Source of the DNA: Mytilus trossulus
Lineage: Eukaryota
Length of the DNA stretch: 64,000 nucleotides
Assembly: GCF_036588685.1 (NCBI RefSeq)
Contig: NC_086376.1
Location: 91,863,630 to 91,927,629 of the forward strand
Direction: 5' to 3'
This document shows, piece by piece, positions 35,501-48,467 of the stretch (its first letter is position 1; every line of letters starts with the position of its first letter). Made by a program: the position numbers and the translations under genes. The notes beneath the pieces were generated by a model. It saw nothing but the letters and a program-made list of their open reading frames with translations, was not told where the DNA came from and searched no databases.

Positions 35501-37257
35501 AAATTTTCTAGTTCAGACAATTGTGGATTTTCGACTTACAAGTTTGAATGTTCATGCAGTGTATTGCGGCCTCTCTTTTAAAGATATTTGTCTATTATTG
35601 AATACTTTCTTTTACATTCGGCTTCCAAATATTCGATTTTTAGCATTCCTGATAAATCCAGAAAAGGGGATAGAACGATTGGGATCTATGTAATATTGTT
35701 TCCATTCTGTATGTATGTTCATCTTTGTATTTTGTCTTATATATTTTTTTATAATTAAGTTGACACAAACTCCACGTCCATTATTATTCCGAATAAAAAA
35801 AACAAGTCATGTTGATCAAAATTGTGTGTTTGAACTGAAAGTTAAATGGTCAATATTTTTTCTTTTACCTTTTAGAGTATTTCAACCCAAGCATTTACTT
35901 TAAATTAAAAAAGACCACAGACACTTCACACTAAATTAAAGAAAAAATATTTATGATAGATAAATCCCAAATCTAACTCAATCTTTAAATCATTTATGCA
36001 ACTGGAATAATAAGGCAAAAGGTGTGAATTAGCAAATCGAAGAAGTATTAATTCATCTATATATAAGATACTTTAATGTTCGTGTTGCTTAGTCTTTAGT
36101 TTTCTCTGTCTGTGTCTTCTGTACTATTATTTGTCTCTTTGTCTTTTTATTTTTAGCCATGACGTTGTCAGTTTATTTTCGATCTTTGAGTTTGACTGTC
36201 TCTCTAATATCTTTCGTCCCTCTTTTTTGGACGCAATTAAAATCCAAACGACATAGATTAAACGGTACGAAAACATAACATAGAAAACAAAAGACTTGGC
36301 ACCACAGAGGAGTAACCGAACCCCGGTCTACATGGGGCAACCGTCGTGCTGCTCATATGTAGTAAAAACCCGGAGATAAGTCAAATTTTTAGTAAGCATG
36401 TTATATTTGAGAGAAAGAGGGAACAATTTTAACATATCCTTCGTCATTTGGGAAACAAATATGCTATAACGTCAACCGTATAAAAAAAGAAACCTGTTCT
36501 TCTAACGTAAGACATTGACAATCAAGAAATAAATCATCATCTTGAATATTTCAGTTTGAGAGATGTCTTCGTTTGAATAAGAGTGTGTTTTACAAAGTAC
36601 AATGAATCTTCTCTAAGACAAGATACTAGTAACTATGTTGGGCAATTTTGGTAGATGTTTCACGTTATTAGCCGATTGCTCATTGTAAGCACGTATATAT
36701 CATTCATCAAAATATGAAAGTTCTGCTATATTACCGTATGGCGTGTTATTTACGCGGGCTGTACATTTTTGCCTCTTTTTGCGGATAGATCAAAATTGCC
36801 AAAATAAATTTCACCAATTTAAGTGTTCACGCACAGGTATTGATGAATTGAATCCGGCAAAATAATAACCGCCAACATATTTCGTATACCTTTTTTGTTA
36901 TTAAATGAATTTCGTGAAATTTTACACCTGCGAAAATGACCTATTATACAGTATCCTTTGTTTAAACTAAAATATAAAAGCAATTTTACAAGTTTAGAAT
37001 AAAATGACTAACAAGTATATATTCTCTTCGGTTTGTTCCCTTTTTAAGCGGTGTCAAATATTGTTAAGGTTTGCGATTAAGGGAAACACATGTAATGGTA
37101 AGTAAAACTCATTTCAATCCATAAGGTGTTTTCATACTATGATATTTAAATAGGAACCACTTGTGCAGCTATCGTATGTAAGATATTTGGTATGTAGTTC
37201 GCCTTATCTGGAGATTATTTTAACATTTCCTCTCAGTCAACATAAATCTACTGAAAT

Positions 37258-38521
37258 CAGACTTGGGGTCAATTACATTGGAATGTAATTAATTAAATTA
37301 CACATTACATTGCAAAAATGACCAATTACATCAATTACACATTACACTGTTTTTGAAATGTAATTAATTAAATTACAATTACTTTACTAAAGTAATTAAT
37401 TAAATTACACATTACATTTTGTCATGGTATTTTTTTAACAATCTTATACATGTATAAATAATGCATGTGTAAAATATTCATGTAAGCATAGTTTAAACGT
37501 TGCATTTGATAATCATTAGCTATTTTAATGTTTTGTCATTTAGTCTGAATCTCTCTGGTAATGTGGCAGATAATGCTTGATCAGAACATGGAAGTTCTAT
37601 GATCAGAAGATCATCATATTGAAAGGAGGGGGGGATTGGTTCCTATTCCTGCCAATACATCAAGGGGTATTTTGACATCTCAAAAATTAAGTCATTTAAA
37701 TTAAACATAATATAAATAAAGATATTATACATTTTAAAATCATAAATAATTTTTTTTTACGTTAAAAATATCAAAAAGTGTGTTTGTCACAATATTGAAA
37801 ATAATTTTTAATACAAATAATGTATGTATAATGTCTAAATATTAGCAATATTTTGCTAATTAGATAAAAATACATGTAATAGTGGCATTGCCCCTGGACA
37901 TTTTAATCTGATTAATTGCTGTTTGTTTTTACAGCTGTTAATTTTTATTTCTTTAATCCTTTTGTGTATACTTATTTGACAAAATGATTGTGTGCAGTGA
38001 TTTTAAATTCTAAATGAACTGTCTTTTTTCACAGTGACACTTTTTGGGGTTTTTGTTTAACAAGGTGATTAATTACTTATCAATCTATTTAGTTAAAAGA
38101 TCTTTCTTAAAAACTGAACACTAATATATGATTCTCACATTTTTTTAAATTTAAAATTAAATAATAATTATTAAAAAAAACATCTGTAGGTCAAATAAAT
38201 ATTAATATACATTGTGATTTCAGTATAAATTATAGACTTTATATATTGAAAAAGTATGTGATATCAATATTTGAAAAAAAAGAATTATTTTACAATTTAT
38301 ATTATAAAACACAAATCCTTATCTTTAACACCATAAAAGTATATGTAATTGAAATGTAATTCAAAAGTAATTGAGCATTACATGCTTTTTTCAATGTAAT
38401 TAATTATATTACCATTACATGTAATTAAAAAAATGCTCATTTACACATTACATTCAATTACATAGAAAATTGTAATGCATTACACTTAATTACCATTACA
38501 TTTTCAATTACCCCATCCCTG
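37258..38521. mobile_element. hAT-type MITE with 8-bp TSD (ACTGAAAT)
   Basis: ACTGAAAT at 37250-37257 and 38522-38529; CAG..TGGGGT / ACCCCA..CTG termini; dense ATTAC/GTAAT subterminal repeats at both ends. Confidence 0.85.
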
Positions 38522-40106
38522 ACTGAAATTGTACAAAACACGTACGAACGTAGGCAAATTACAATAAAGAATGAAATTCCTTGATCACAGGAATAAAACA
38601 AAACGAAATCTGCAACTTACCACTAAAAAAAACAAGAGAAACTACAGTTTTAAGCAAAATCTGAAAGCAAAATTGTAAAGAATTATTTCAAATCAAAATG
38701 CCTATCAATAGTTTAGGGTGCATTATGCGGATGATATTTGATGTCACTCAAGTTTAAGATAGGGCTCGAACCAATTCAACTTTAGTTGTTTTAATTGCGC
38801 ACTATCAGTTGTCAACACATCTGTTTTGTTATTGTCTCTAGACACCTTGGGTGCCAATAAACATTTTTTTAAATAGTTATCACAGGTTAAAGGACTTGTT
38901 GTTTTTCTAATCTCAGATATACCAACTGTCTTCCCTCTTTGAATAGTCTGGCTTCTACAAATAACTTTATGTGATCTGAATGACAACTAATGTTCAAGTT
39001 TGCAAGTTCGAAATAAAATTCACTTCGTTGTCAATTGTAATAATCAAAACAGATGAAGAGCTATGTTACCAAAAAAGAACCTTAAAATTCGCCTTATACA
39101 CTTTCAAATTTTCCTGAGATAGTTGATCAAATATCCGTTTGAAAATAGGACAATGCTTCAAACACCCTATTAACTTCATGAAAAAGATGTGAGGACGTAT
39201 TTATTATGTTAGTATATAAGGCGTGCATGCCTCCAGTCCCACAACAAAAACATGAGAAACAAATCTTTCTTTACCATTAAAAGAGTTAGAGTAGTTTCCC
39301 TTTGTATTGTATTCTATGATGATCGCTAAAATCAAATTCTTCTCTAACATATGTTTGATTTATCAATTTCTGCTTAAAATATTGATATAAAAAAGAAGAT
39401 GTGGTATGATTGCCAATGAGACAACTATCCACAAGCCCCATAAGGAGGAAGAAATCCATCTAGGAACATTAAGTTTTGCTTGGGCATTGGAGTGAATCAG
39501 ATGTTGGATAAGCATATCTCTAGCATATAGGCCAATTTTGATCAATTTAATGTAAATGCATTTACGGATTCTGATTTCGAATACTCGAATACAGAATTAA
39601 ACTAGTCCAGTTTGTTGTTCATAGAACTTTCATATCCTCTAGTTCGGCTCCCATTCAGAATCAACCAATATATATATATACAGAATTTATTTGACCCGAC
39701 CAAATGGTCTTGATCAATCATTTTACTTATATGATGAGCTTTGTATTTCTTTGAAAGAGGAATCAACTGAAGTAAAAGTGATATATGAAAATTGTATTTG
39801 AAATTATTCTTTGTCAACATACTTTGTAGGAAAAATGTCTATAATAACCAATTTTTCGTTTTGAAATGTTTGCCAATGAATGACAACAACAACCTTTATT
39901 ATGCGAAACAAACACTTATCGGTTTGTATTTTATTAGTTTGTAATTTAAATTTATACGTGTTTAGAGTTAAAATCGCTAAACTGAATCACGTGATCCATT
40001 TATATATATGTTGTTATCAGATCATTGTAACATAAGTTTGGTTGAAAGTAGATATTTGTTCAAACAAATCAGGAAGTAGTTGAATTGCAATCGCTTATAC
40101 TGACAA

Positions 40107-42596
40107 ATGGACAACATGTTACTTTTCATAGTTTTGTGTACTACATTTGTGCATCCATATAGAACTGTGCTTGCAAAATGCCATTTCACAGGAAAGGTTG
40201 GTTACATTGAGGCTTTGTGCAAACACCAAGGATTTACATCAGTTCCGAAGAAATTACCAAGTGACATAAAGAAACTGGATTTAAGTTACAATCGACTGAC
40301 CAGACTTGATGCCGACGAATTTTATAGATATAAGTATTTAGAAGAGCTAATAATTGATAATAACGTCATCAGAATGTTGCATTCTAATGCTTTTAATGGC
40401 TTATCATTATTGAGACATTTGTCTTTGTCTAAAAATAATCTGGATGTATCTAAATCGTATCACCATAAAGTGTTTGAGTCTCTACAGAATTTATCAGTTT
40501 TAGACATAAGTAAAAATATGAAACGTTTAAATAACAGCCCGTATAAAGTTCCCGTTAGTAAACTCCGTACATTGCGTGAGCTGAGCATCGATCTTGTTTA
40601 TAATGCAACGTTCGGACGGCAGTTCAAGAAGTTGTACAATTTACAAATATTGAGATTTGATTATTGCCATGTTAGTTATTTATACAATGAAACATTCATA
40701 GGAATGCCGGTAAATATAAAGGAATTCCACATGACCACTTGTAAAAACTTTGTCGTCATTGAAGGTGGCGTCTTAGTTCCATTTCAACATCTAAAAGTGT
40801 TGAATCTTACTAGCAGCAATATTCACTTAACACAGGCTCTGAATATTTTACATCCATTTCAGAATAAATCAATGGACGCACTTCTCTTTCGTGGAATAAC
40901 TTTTGCTGATTATAAACATGGCTTAGACGCAGTAATTCTTACACCAGAGATGATGAAATATATAAGAAATATCTGTATAAAAACACTTGATCTATCTGAC
41001 AATGACATTATACTAGTAAAAAACAGGTCGTTAGTTATGTTCAAACATCGAGAGTGCTTTGAAAACATTATGTTATCTGCAAATAGTTTTAGTTTGGATA
41101 ACTGGGCAGTTGATTTATTCATATTCTTATTCACGTTGACGAACATTAAAATGATTGATTATTCATATTTTCCATTACGGTTTGAAAATCCAGTTTTCCT
41201 TGACGTAATAAAAAGAAATAATCATACAACAATGGAACATGTGCAGGGCAAATGGAGGCGAAAGGTCATACCAATAACAGTAATCCTTCCAAGTCAAATT
41301 CAGTTTGTGAGAATAACGCATGTTATGGCTATAAATGCATTTAGGGAAATAAAAACAATAAATAGCTCCCTTCGTCACCTCGAAATATCTTACTTTGAAA
41401 CACATATCTTTCCACTTTTAACTGTTGATGGATTCAATAGTTTAGAGCATTTAGATTTGTCAGGAATCAGATCAGTTTTAACTATTGGAGAAAGCAAAAT
41501 TCCAGTTTTAATCCATCTTACAACACTTATCTTGAAAGAAACACACTTGTATGATATTTTACAAACTAATACAACAATATTAAGGTTTTGTCCAAATATA
41601 ATAAATTTGGATATATCATATAATTATATCTGGAAGATCAAAGCAAATTCACTTGGACAATTACTTAATTTGAAACAGCTCAATGTCTCTCATAATTTGT
41701 TTGAGACAGTTCCGGATGTCGTTACAACATTTAGTAACTTGATCGAACTCGATTTGTCATACAATCAATTAACAACAATTGGAAAGAATATACTAGAGTG
41801 GATTGATACCCAGAATAAAAAACATGGAACTTTTTACTTATATCTAAGTAATAACCCTTTAATTTGTTCGTGTGACACCACTCCATTTCTACGTTGGATT
41901 TTGACATATAAAGTAAAGTTAGATTATAATGGTAATTACTCCTGTTGGGTTTCTTCAAGAAAAGGTATCAACTACACAAGAAATGTTGCTCAAAACTTTC
42001 ATCATTATTTCGTTGACTGTAATACAACTGTGTGGATCAAGTTAGGCATGTCATTATTGGTGTCCGTTTTATCTAGTGTACTTTGTATTGCTCTATTGTA
42101 CAATTTTAGATGGAGAATAGTTTTCTTTTTCTTTCGAAATTTTCGGAGATTTGCTGAGAAAGGTCTCGAGTTAACTTTTGATTATGACGTTTATGTTTCA
42201 TATTCCGATGACTGCGTTTCTTTCGTGAAAGAATTACAAGAGAAAGTAGAGAACGAATGGGGATTCAAAATCTGCTTTGAAGATAGAGATTTCATTATAG
42301 GCGAATCAATTGCTAGTGAAAGAGCTACGTCTATTAACAGTTGTAGACACATTATATTTTTAGTAACTCCGTCAATTGTTAAAAATGAATGGACTCGATT
42401 TGAAATTGAGCGAGCAAAGTATGAAAAGTTTACAAAAAATCTTCAAAAGATTGTTGTTATTACAAGAGATATCCCTTTAGATGATATTCCAATGGAATTT
42501 TCCGCTATTTGGAAAGATGTATTTTTAATCCAATGGCCGACCGAGAAGGTCTATGTTCAAATGGCTTGGCAAAAGCTTAGACTTTGGTTCTTTTGA
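40107..42596 (+). CDS. Toll-like receptor paralogue C, 829 aa, intronless, head-to-head with paralogue B
   Basis: Same architecture; TIR nearly identical to A and B, ending WQKLRLWFF. Confidence 0.95.
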   Translation: MDNMLLFIVLCTTFVHPYRTVLAKCHFTGKVGYIEALCKHQGFTSVPKKLPSDIKKLDLSYNRLTRLDADEFYRYKYLEELIIDNNVIRMLHSNAFNGLSLLRHLSLSKNNLDVSKSYHHKVFESLQNLSVLDISKNMKRLNNSPYKVPVSKLRTLRELSIDLVYNATFGRQFKKLYNLQILRFDYCHVSYLYNETFIGMPVNIKEFHMTTCKNFVVIEGGVLVPFQHLKVLNLTSSNIHLTQALNILHPFQNKSMDALLFRGITFADYKHGLDAVILTPEMMKYIRNICIKTLDLSDNDIILVKNRSLVMFKHRECFENIMLSANSFSLDNWAVDLFIFLFTLTNIKMIDYSYFPLRFENPVFLDVIKRNNHTTMEHVQGKWRRKVIPITVILPSQIQFVRITHVMAINAFREIKTINSSLRHLEISYFETHIFPLLTVDGFNSLEHLDLSGIRSVLTIGESKIPVLIHLTTLILKETHLYDILQTNTTILRFCPNIINLDISYNYIWKIKANSLGQLLNLKQLNVSHNLFETVPDVVTTFSNLIELDLSYNQLTTIGKNILEWIDTQNKKHGTFYLYLSNNPLICSCDTTPFLRWILTYKVKLDYNGNYSCWVSSRKGINYTRNVAQNFHHYFVDCNTTVWIKLGMSLLVSVLSSVLCIALLYNFRWRIVFFFFRNFRRFAEKGLELTFDYDVYVSYSDDCVSFVKELQEKVENEWGFKICFEDRDFIIGESIASERATSINSCRHIIFLVTPSIVKNEWTRFEIERAKYEKFTKNLQKIVVITRDIPLDDIPMEFSAIWKDVFLIQWPTEKVYVQMAWQKLRLWFF

Positions 42597-45387
42597 TAGT
42601 GTATGAAGAAACCGGATTTAATAAAAATGTATATTATACGTCGTATAATATACCTATGTATTACATGTACTTATGCTATTGGATTTCATTTGTACATATT
42701 ATTTATTTCAAAGTGTCTTCTTTCGTATGTTTTTTTTCTGCAAGTCAAGCTAGATAAGAATGCACATAAATAACTTAGTGTATTGTAGATTCATCCTCCA
42801 AAGTGTGTTTTGTAAAGACATGATGCTCATGAGATATATTTTCAATAATAAAATAATGTTTGTTGTAGAGATGCTCTGATTTCATTGTTTTACAGTGAGT
42901 CAACAAAAAGGGTTATAAAATATCCCAGCTACACAAAAGAGTGACATAATAAACAATAAAAGAATCAGAAAACCATGTATAAAAACACACAACACAATCA
43001 CAAAAATATACAATAGGTATCAAATTTTCTTTTTCTTATTAGATACCTTGAACAATGAAAACAACACTCCTGCTAGAAAAACACATATGGTTTTACCAGT
43101 AAAAATCTGAGTTATTTCACATTGTCTGACCAATATCAAAACTGACGAATAATGGAAAAATAGAATGCGAGCCGTTCGTGACCATAGACGAGAACTTTTG
43201 GAGAAAGAAATTCTGTGAACATAGTTCCAACGATCGTTATGGAATCGCATTTCCGTTTAAGAACATGTGTAGTATATACCGCTAAGTTGACACAACATTT
43301 GATACCCTGCATTTCCTAAGTGATTTTCTTCATAGAGGTTTTTATGCTCATAAAGAAGCTGACAAACAAAGAATTTCAGTTTTTCAAGTTGAAATCATAC
43401 CTTTGACAATTTTACGGACTACATCACGAGTTGGTTGACCTCCAAAGAATATGTATTTCACAGATGATGACGGTATGTTCAAATTGTGGTCACTACAATC
43501 CCATCCTCTTTCCCTCGAATCAACCCTGTGGTCCATGGCCAAAAGAAAGGGGTAAAAATTCCGATCAATTGTCAAATCTTATTATCCTCCTTTATAGAGT
43601 TTGAATATTAAAGCATCAAGTGTTTAGGTTGAACTTTTTTGTATTGGTAAGCTCAACGGTACCAACTCGACACCAGTATACCTACATATACAGGTTTTTA
43701 GTTATGCCGCTTTGTTTGACGAGACTTGAGCGGGACAATTATTAAACAAATAACAAAAGTTGATATTTTTTTCCAATTCAAAATGATACGTGCCTCTGCA
43801 TAAATGCAATAAAACTTTTTTTTTTGTATTCCTGTGTATTTAAAATGAGTGATGTGATTTTTGTAATGAATTAATTGAATACTATATTATATCGCAAAAT
43901 GTAGATACATTACTCAAACAATAGAGACAATTGATTTATCGATTTTTTCCTGTTTCAGATTGACATTTTGACATATGGTTATGAATTCTCTTGGAGGGTT
44001 ATGCATGCAGACCAGGAGACCAGGAGACACTTACCCGATCGAGGCAACTAGTCTCTCCGATTTGGGATTTCATGCGATTTCCCAGTTTTGGTGCATTACC
44101 TTGATATTTAAGATATGGGATAGACTTGCAAGTGATAATATTCTACATGCATATGAATCTCTCACAATGAGTACTACTGTAAAATAGTTGATCCACACTT
44201 ATTTTCAATCTCGTTCAGGAAATTGATGATAACGAGATTTGAACATCGGTAAACTATTGCTGCCTTACTATATTATAGTCTTGTTCAAGTTTATATGTTC
44301 GTTTTATTTAATGCAATCTCTGCATTCATATTGAACAAATCACCCAAATGTCTGAAAGAAGCTTTAAAGCTTGGGGAGAATCGCTGGTGACTGAAAAATA
44401 AGTTTATCTCATTGCTTATTCAACAAACAAAATACACAACATAAAGCTTTATTTAGGTTCAAAGCGGGAGGGGAGTCGTCAGAATCCCTGAACCCCTGGC
44501 TACGGGTATGTTTACGGCGCCGTTGGATGAGATAAAAAAAAATAACAAGTAACCTTTTTATATCTGGGGCTGAATTGCAAGATATGGGATAGAAGTGCAA
44601 GTCATAATATTCTACATGTAAACGAGCAAAATCTATATAACAACTCTGTACAAACGCCCTGGATCTTGAAAACATGAGCATACTCGTACGCGTACCACGA
44701 AGGATCCACACCAACCATTTACAGCAAACAAGGTTAGATCCAAATAAAATAAACAAATCAATACTTAACTAACTGTTGTGTTGCTAACATTTTATCAATA
44801 CAAGGGCAATAACTATTATAGATTTTTGTTTTCATTTAAACTTGTTACATAAATATCCTACATGAATCTTTTACAATGATTACAAATGTAAAATGGTTGA
44901 TCAACACTTATTTTCAATCTCGTCCAAGAAATTGCTGATACCATCTTTTGATGTTTAAATTTTATAAAAGTAAGACATGGAGAAAAGGAGATCTTGGAAC
45001 GCTTACAATGCAATGTTTAATAGAATGTATATTCCATTGGACATCAAACCTTCCAATTAGTCCAGGAAAATGCTGATATATACACATGGAAAAAAGTATT
45101 GATTTTTTAAAACTTGAAAAATCAGCCTCTTATTTTGGATTGAATATGGTAAAATATTTGTAAAATAATATTGAACCTAGTTTATGATAACATTGGAATT
45201 TTAATGAACAAAAAATGTTTAAAAAAATGAATGATCTAACCACTATTTAAATAACAAAACGAAGTGTTTTAGTACAAAAAATACATTTTACAACTTTTAC
45301 TGTAGTCGAACTTTACAATGTATGACATTTAAAAATAAATCTTAAGATGATTGTTCATATTATGGTTGGTCGTCATACGTCAAAGAA

Positions 45388-45805
45388 TTAGTACTTTGTG
45401 CGCAGCCTCCATTCAAACGGATAACCGCCTCTTGATGTCTTCTGATTACTGCCATAACTCGACATATTTGTTGCTAAGGTAGCAGTAACCATTTCTGATG
45501 AAGGGCATTGTTTATTTCATGACGTGTTTGAACTGGGGTGTCCTTCTGTCCACTTTACGTCCAATAGTGTCCCATATATGCTCGCTATGGTTCAAATGCG
45601 GGCTACGATCTGATCAAGAAAGATGAACCGAATTCCATTGGAACAATGGATCTTCCTCCACGATGTTAATTTCCAATTTTGGCGAGCTCCGCACTACATT
45701 GGATACGGACAACTGTATGTCTGTTCGTAAGCAATGATCCCCGAAATGGTACGATCGCACGATAACCAGTAGCGATGAGTCGATCTCGAACAGTTCTTGT
45801 TAAAA
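45388..45805 (-). pseudogene. Tc1-family transposase relic with internal deletion
   Basis: RTVRDRLIATGYRAIVPFRGSLLTNRH (Tc1 second HTH/linker), then SPHLNHSEHIWDTIGRK (cf. SPDLNPIEHLWD) and ...RRHQEAVIRLNGG C-terminus, with stops and frameshifts. Confidence 0.75.
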
Positions 45806-47234
45806 GGTCCAGATTGAAATAAACAATTAATTTCCCCATAGGCGACAATGGTAGCCTTTTTCGAGATACAGACTATAGAAAGTTGATTTTGTTAACGAAA
45901 CCTTGCTAGAATAAAAGAAAAGTTATTAGGACAGTATTTTTTGGTCTAAAAAATATAGGTTCGCGTTGCTTTTCTTAGCGTATTTTGTACTTATCTCCCA
46001 TGCCTATCATTAATTTTGCCCTTAAAAATACGTGTCTTGTCCTAGCGTTGAAAAGTCATCTCAGTGCCTTTAGGGCTACGGAATAATTTTTATTTTGCCT
46101 TTTGTATAAAGCAGAGTGCACGAAGTCTCTATTAATAAAAAATAACGGGCGCACATATCGACCAATCAGGATTCGCCATACACTTAATTCTGAATACCAT
46201 GTTATGCTCAAAAAATGGCTGCGCCCATAAAATCTAATGGTGTATTGTAACCTTCATGTATGCCCACCACTTTCTTTTTATGATTGTATTGTATGCCATG
46301 GGTTTCCTTCTGACCATTCTTCATTATGCTTGATTTTCTCTAGCAGATGATAAAGGGTGTCTTCTTGATCTCGGGAGGTCTTACACACCATTTATGGCCT
46401 GATTTTTATTCTCAAAACGACTTATAGTGGGATGGTGATGACTAACAATACGTGCGGTTGTCACAGCGACATTCCTGCTTCTCTCATGCTGATTATCTGC
46501 CTTATTGCTGCAGTTTAGACTTGTGGAGGACCCATAACAAGGTTATTTAAAGTATTGTAAAAAATGAAAATAAAAACATCTGTTTTGCTGTTTACGGGTA
46601 CAGTACACGGGTGTCATTCGGTTTATCGAGAGAAATGGTCGTGAAAGAATATCTAACGGCGGTCAAGTATTGAGAGACGATCGTGAAAGTTCTGGTAACG
46701 GATCGAGAAAGACATTTAATCGAGAACACATATGAAAGTTCAGTAAATATTCTAATTTAATTAATTACACAGACACATTTACGACAAAATAAAACTGTCT
46801 GTCAAAATGGTTCAACATTATGATCAGTATGTCATAATATCCAGTTTCAAAAGAAACATAGTTATTACAAACCGACAAAAGACAGATTGCTTCTCGACAT
46901 TTCAATGACATAAAAAATGTAAACAAAACGATTTTTTTTCACAAATTCGACTAGATAAACTACGTTTATCAGAATAAGGGCATTGTATTTGAATTAATTA
47001 AACGGTTTTCATAGTTATTTTGTTTATATTTAATCTGAAACTTGGTAAATAAGGAATTATCTACACAAAATTAATTTTTTGGATCGTGAAGGATCACGTA
47101 CCGCATTTTTGAAGATCGTGAAAACTGGATCGTGAAAGATCTGATGATACGAAGACGTTCACATTATTCTTCCATTATATGATAATTGATATTTGTTATT
47201 GATATTGAAAAAGGCTAGATCGGTCAACATCCTC

Positions 47235-47527
47235 AAAAGGTTTAAGCCAAACAAGTAAAATGTTGAAGAGCATGGAGGATCCGAAATTCCAAAAAGTTGT
47301 ACCAAATAAGACTATGATAATCCTTAGTTTTTCGAAAATTCAAAGTTTTGTAAACAAAAAATTTGTATCAAATGACCACATTATTGATATCCATGTCAAC
47401 ATCGAAGTGTTGAATACTGGGCAGATGATACCCTCGGGGACGAAACGTCCACCAGCAATGGCATCGACCCAGTGGTGTAAATAGTTATCCAAGGTACTAG
47501 GATTATATTTTAGTACGCCAGACGCGC
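47235..47527 (-). mobile_element. Retrozyme-like repeat fragment (minus strand) nested in the CAC-ended element
   Basis: Reverse complement starts GCGCGTC^TGGCGTACTAAA and is collinear with 11935-12250. Confidence 0.8.
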
Positions 47528-48467
47528 AAATACATTAAAATTAGTATTTGGGAATTCGTGAACATGTTGTTTGTAAAATAGTTGGATGATAGTAGGATGA
47601 AGTTTTTTTTTTTGTCATGTGAAGTACTCACTTATCATGAGTTATAGGAAACCCATATTTTGTATATTGGATCCTATACTAAATGTCCGTCAGACAGGAT
47701 TCACCTGACCTTGAATTTGCCTCATTTCATGCATGAAGATTCATGTTAGTGGTCAAGTCCGTATCAAGGATTCGTTTAGCTTTAGGATAACTGTCTGTTG
47801 TTATGACTTTAAGGTGTATATTTTCGACTTTTGCATAGTTTCAACTTACATTGAACTAATTATCATGCATCATTCGGCAATGTTTGTTCTATGCTGTTTG
47901 GCCTTTTGAATATATACATTTTGTACGTGTATGCTATAGCGACAAGGTGTTTCGTGTATGGTGTACATGTCTGTCTGCATGTATTTTATATGACCATGAT
48001 GACTTCAATTGTGTTTGATTTATTAAATGATAGTAAGATGTCTATGCCTGGCTGTCGGTCAGGGTTCATATACTTTTGACCTTATGTTCCGAATTAATTG
48101 GCCAAGCATAACTTTCACAATTGTCAGTTTCTAAGGCACTGTAAGGATCGTTACACATGTATTTGGTGTACGGGATATTTGTAGAGATATGTATGGCATG
48201 GTTCATCTGACCATGACCTTTTTTTATGAGTCATTGACAATCTTAAGCGAATTCGACACTTTTAGTAAAACCCTTAATATTATAGACGTTCAACAAATAT
48301 ACTATGATCATAAGTTAAGCAAACAAGACATTACAGCATTTGCACTTTGGTCTCCTATAGCTAGTATGTCCTATATAGTTAAATCAATCCTTATCTGCGT
48401 TGTTTATAAAGAACTTAAAAAGTTCTGTTGCACAAAATGTTGGATATCGTTCAATCCAAAATTACAC

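Noticed and set aside
35625-35670. Another hammerhead-like motif (CATTCCTGATAAATCCAGAAAAG)
   Set aside because: The core is incomplete and no stems I or III can be drawn; too degenerate to support.
46606-46650. True RSS (heptamer-spacer-nonamer) implying RAG-type rearrangement of the TLRs
   Set aside because: Only the CAC matches, there is no ACAAAAACC-like nonamer, no RAG-like ORF is present, and the TIRs do not flank any TLR sequence.
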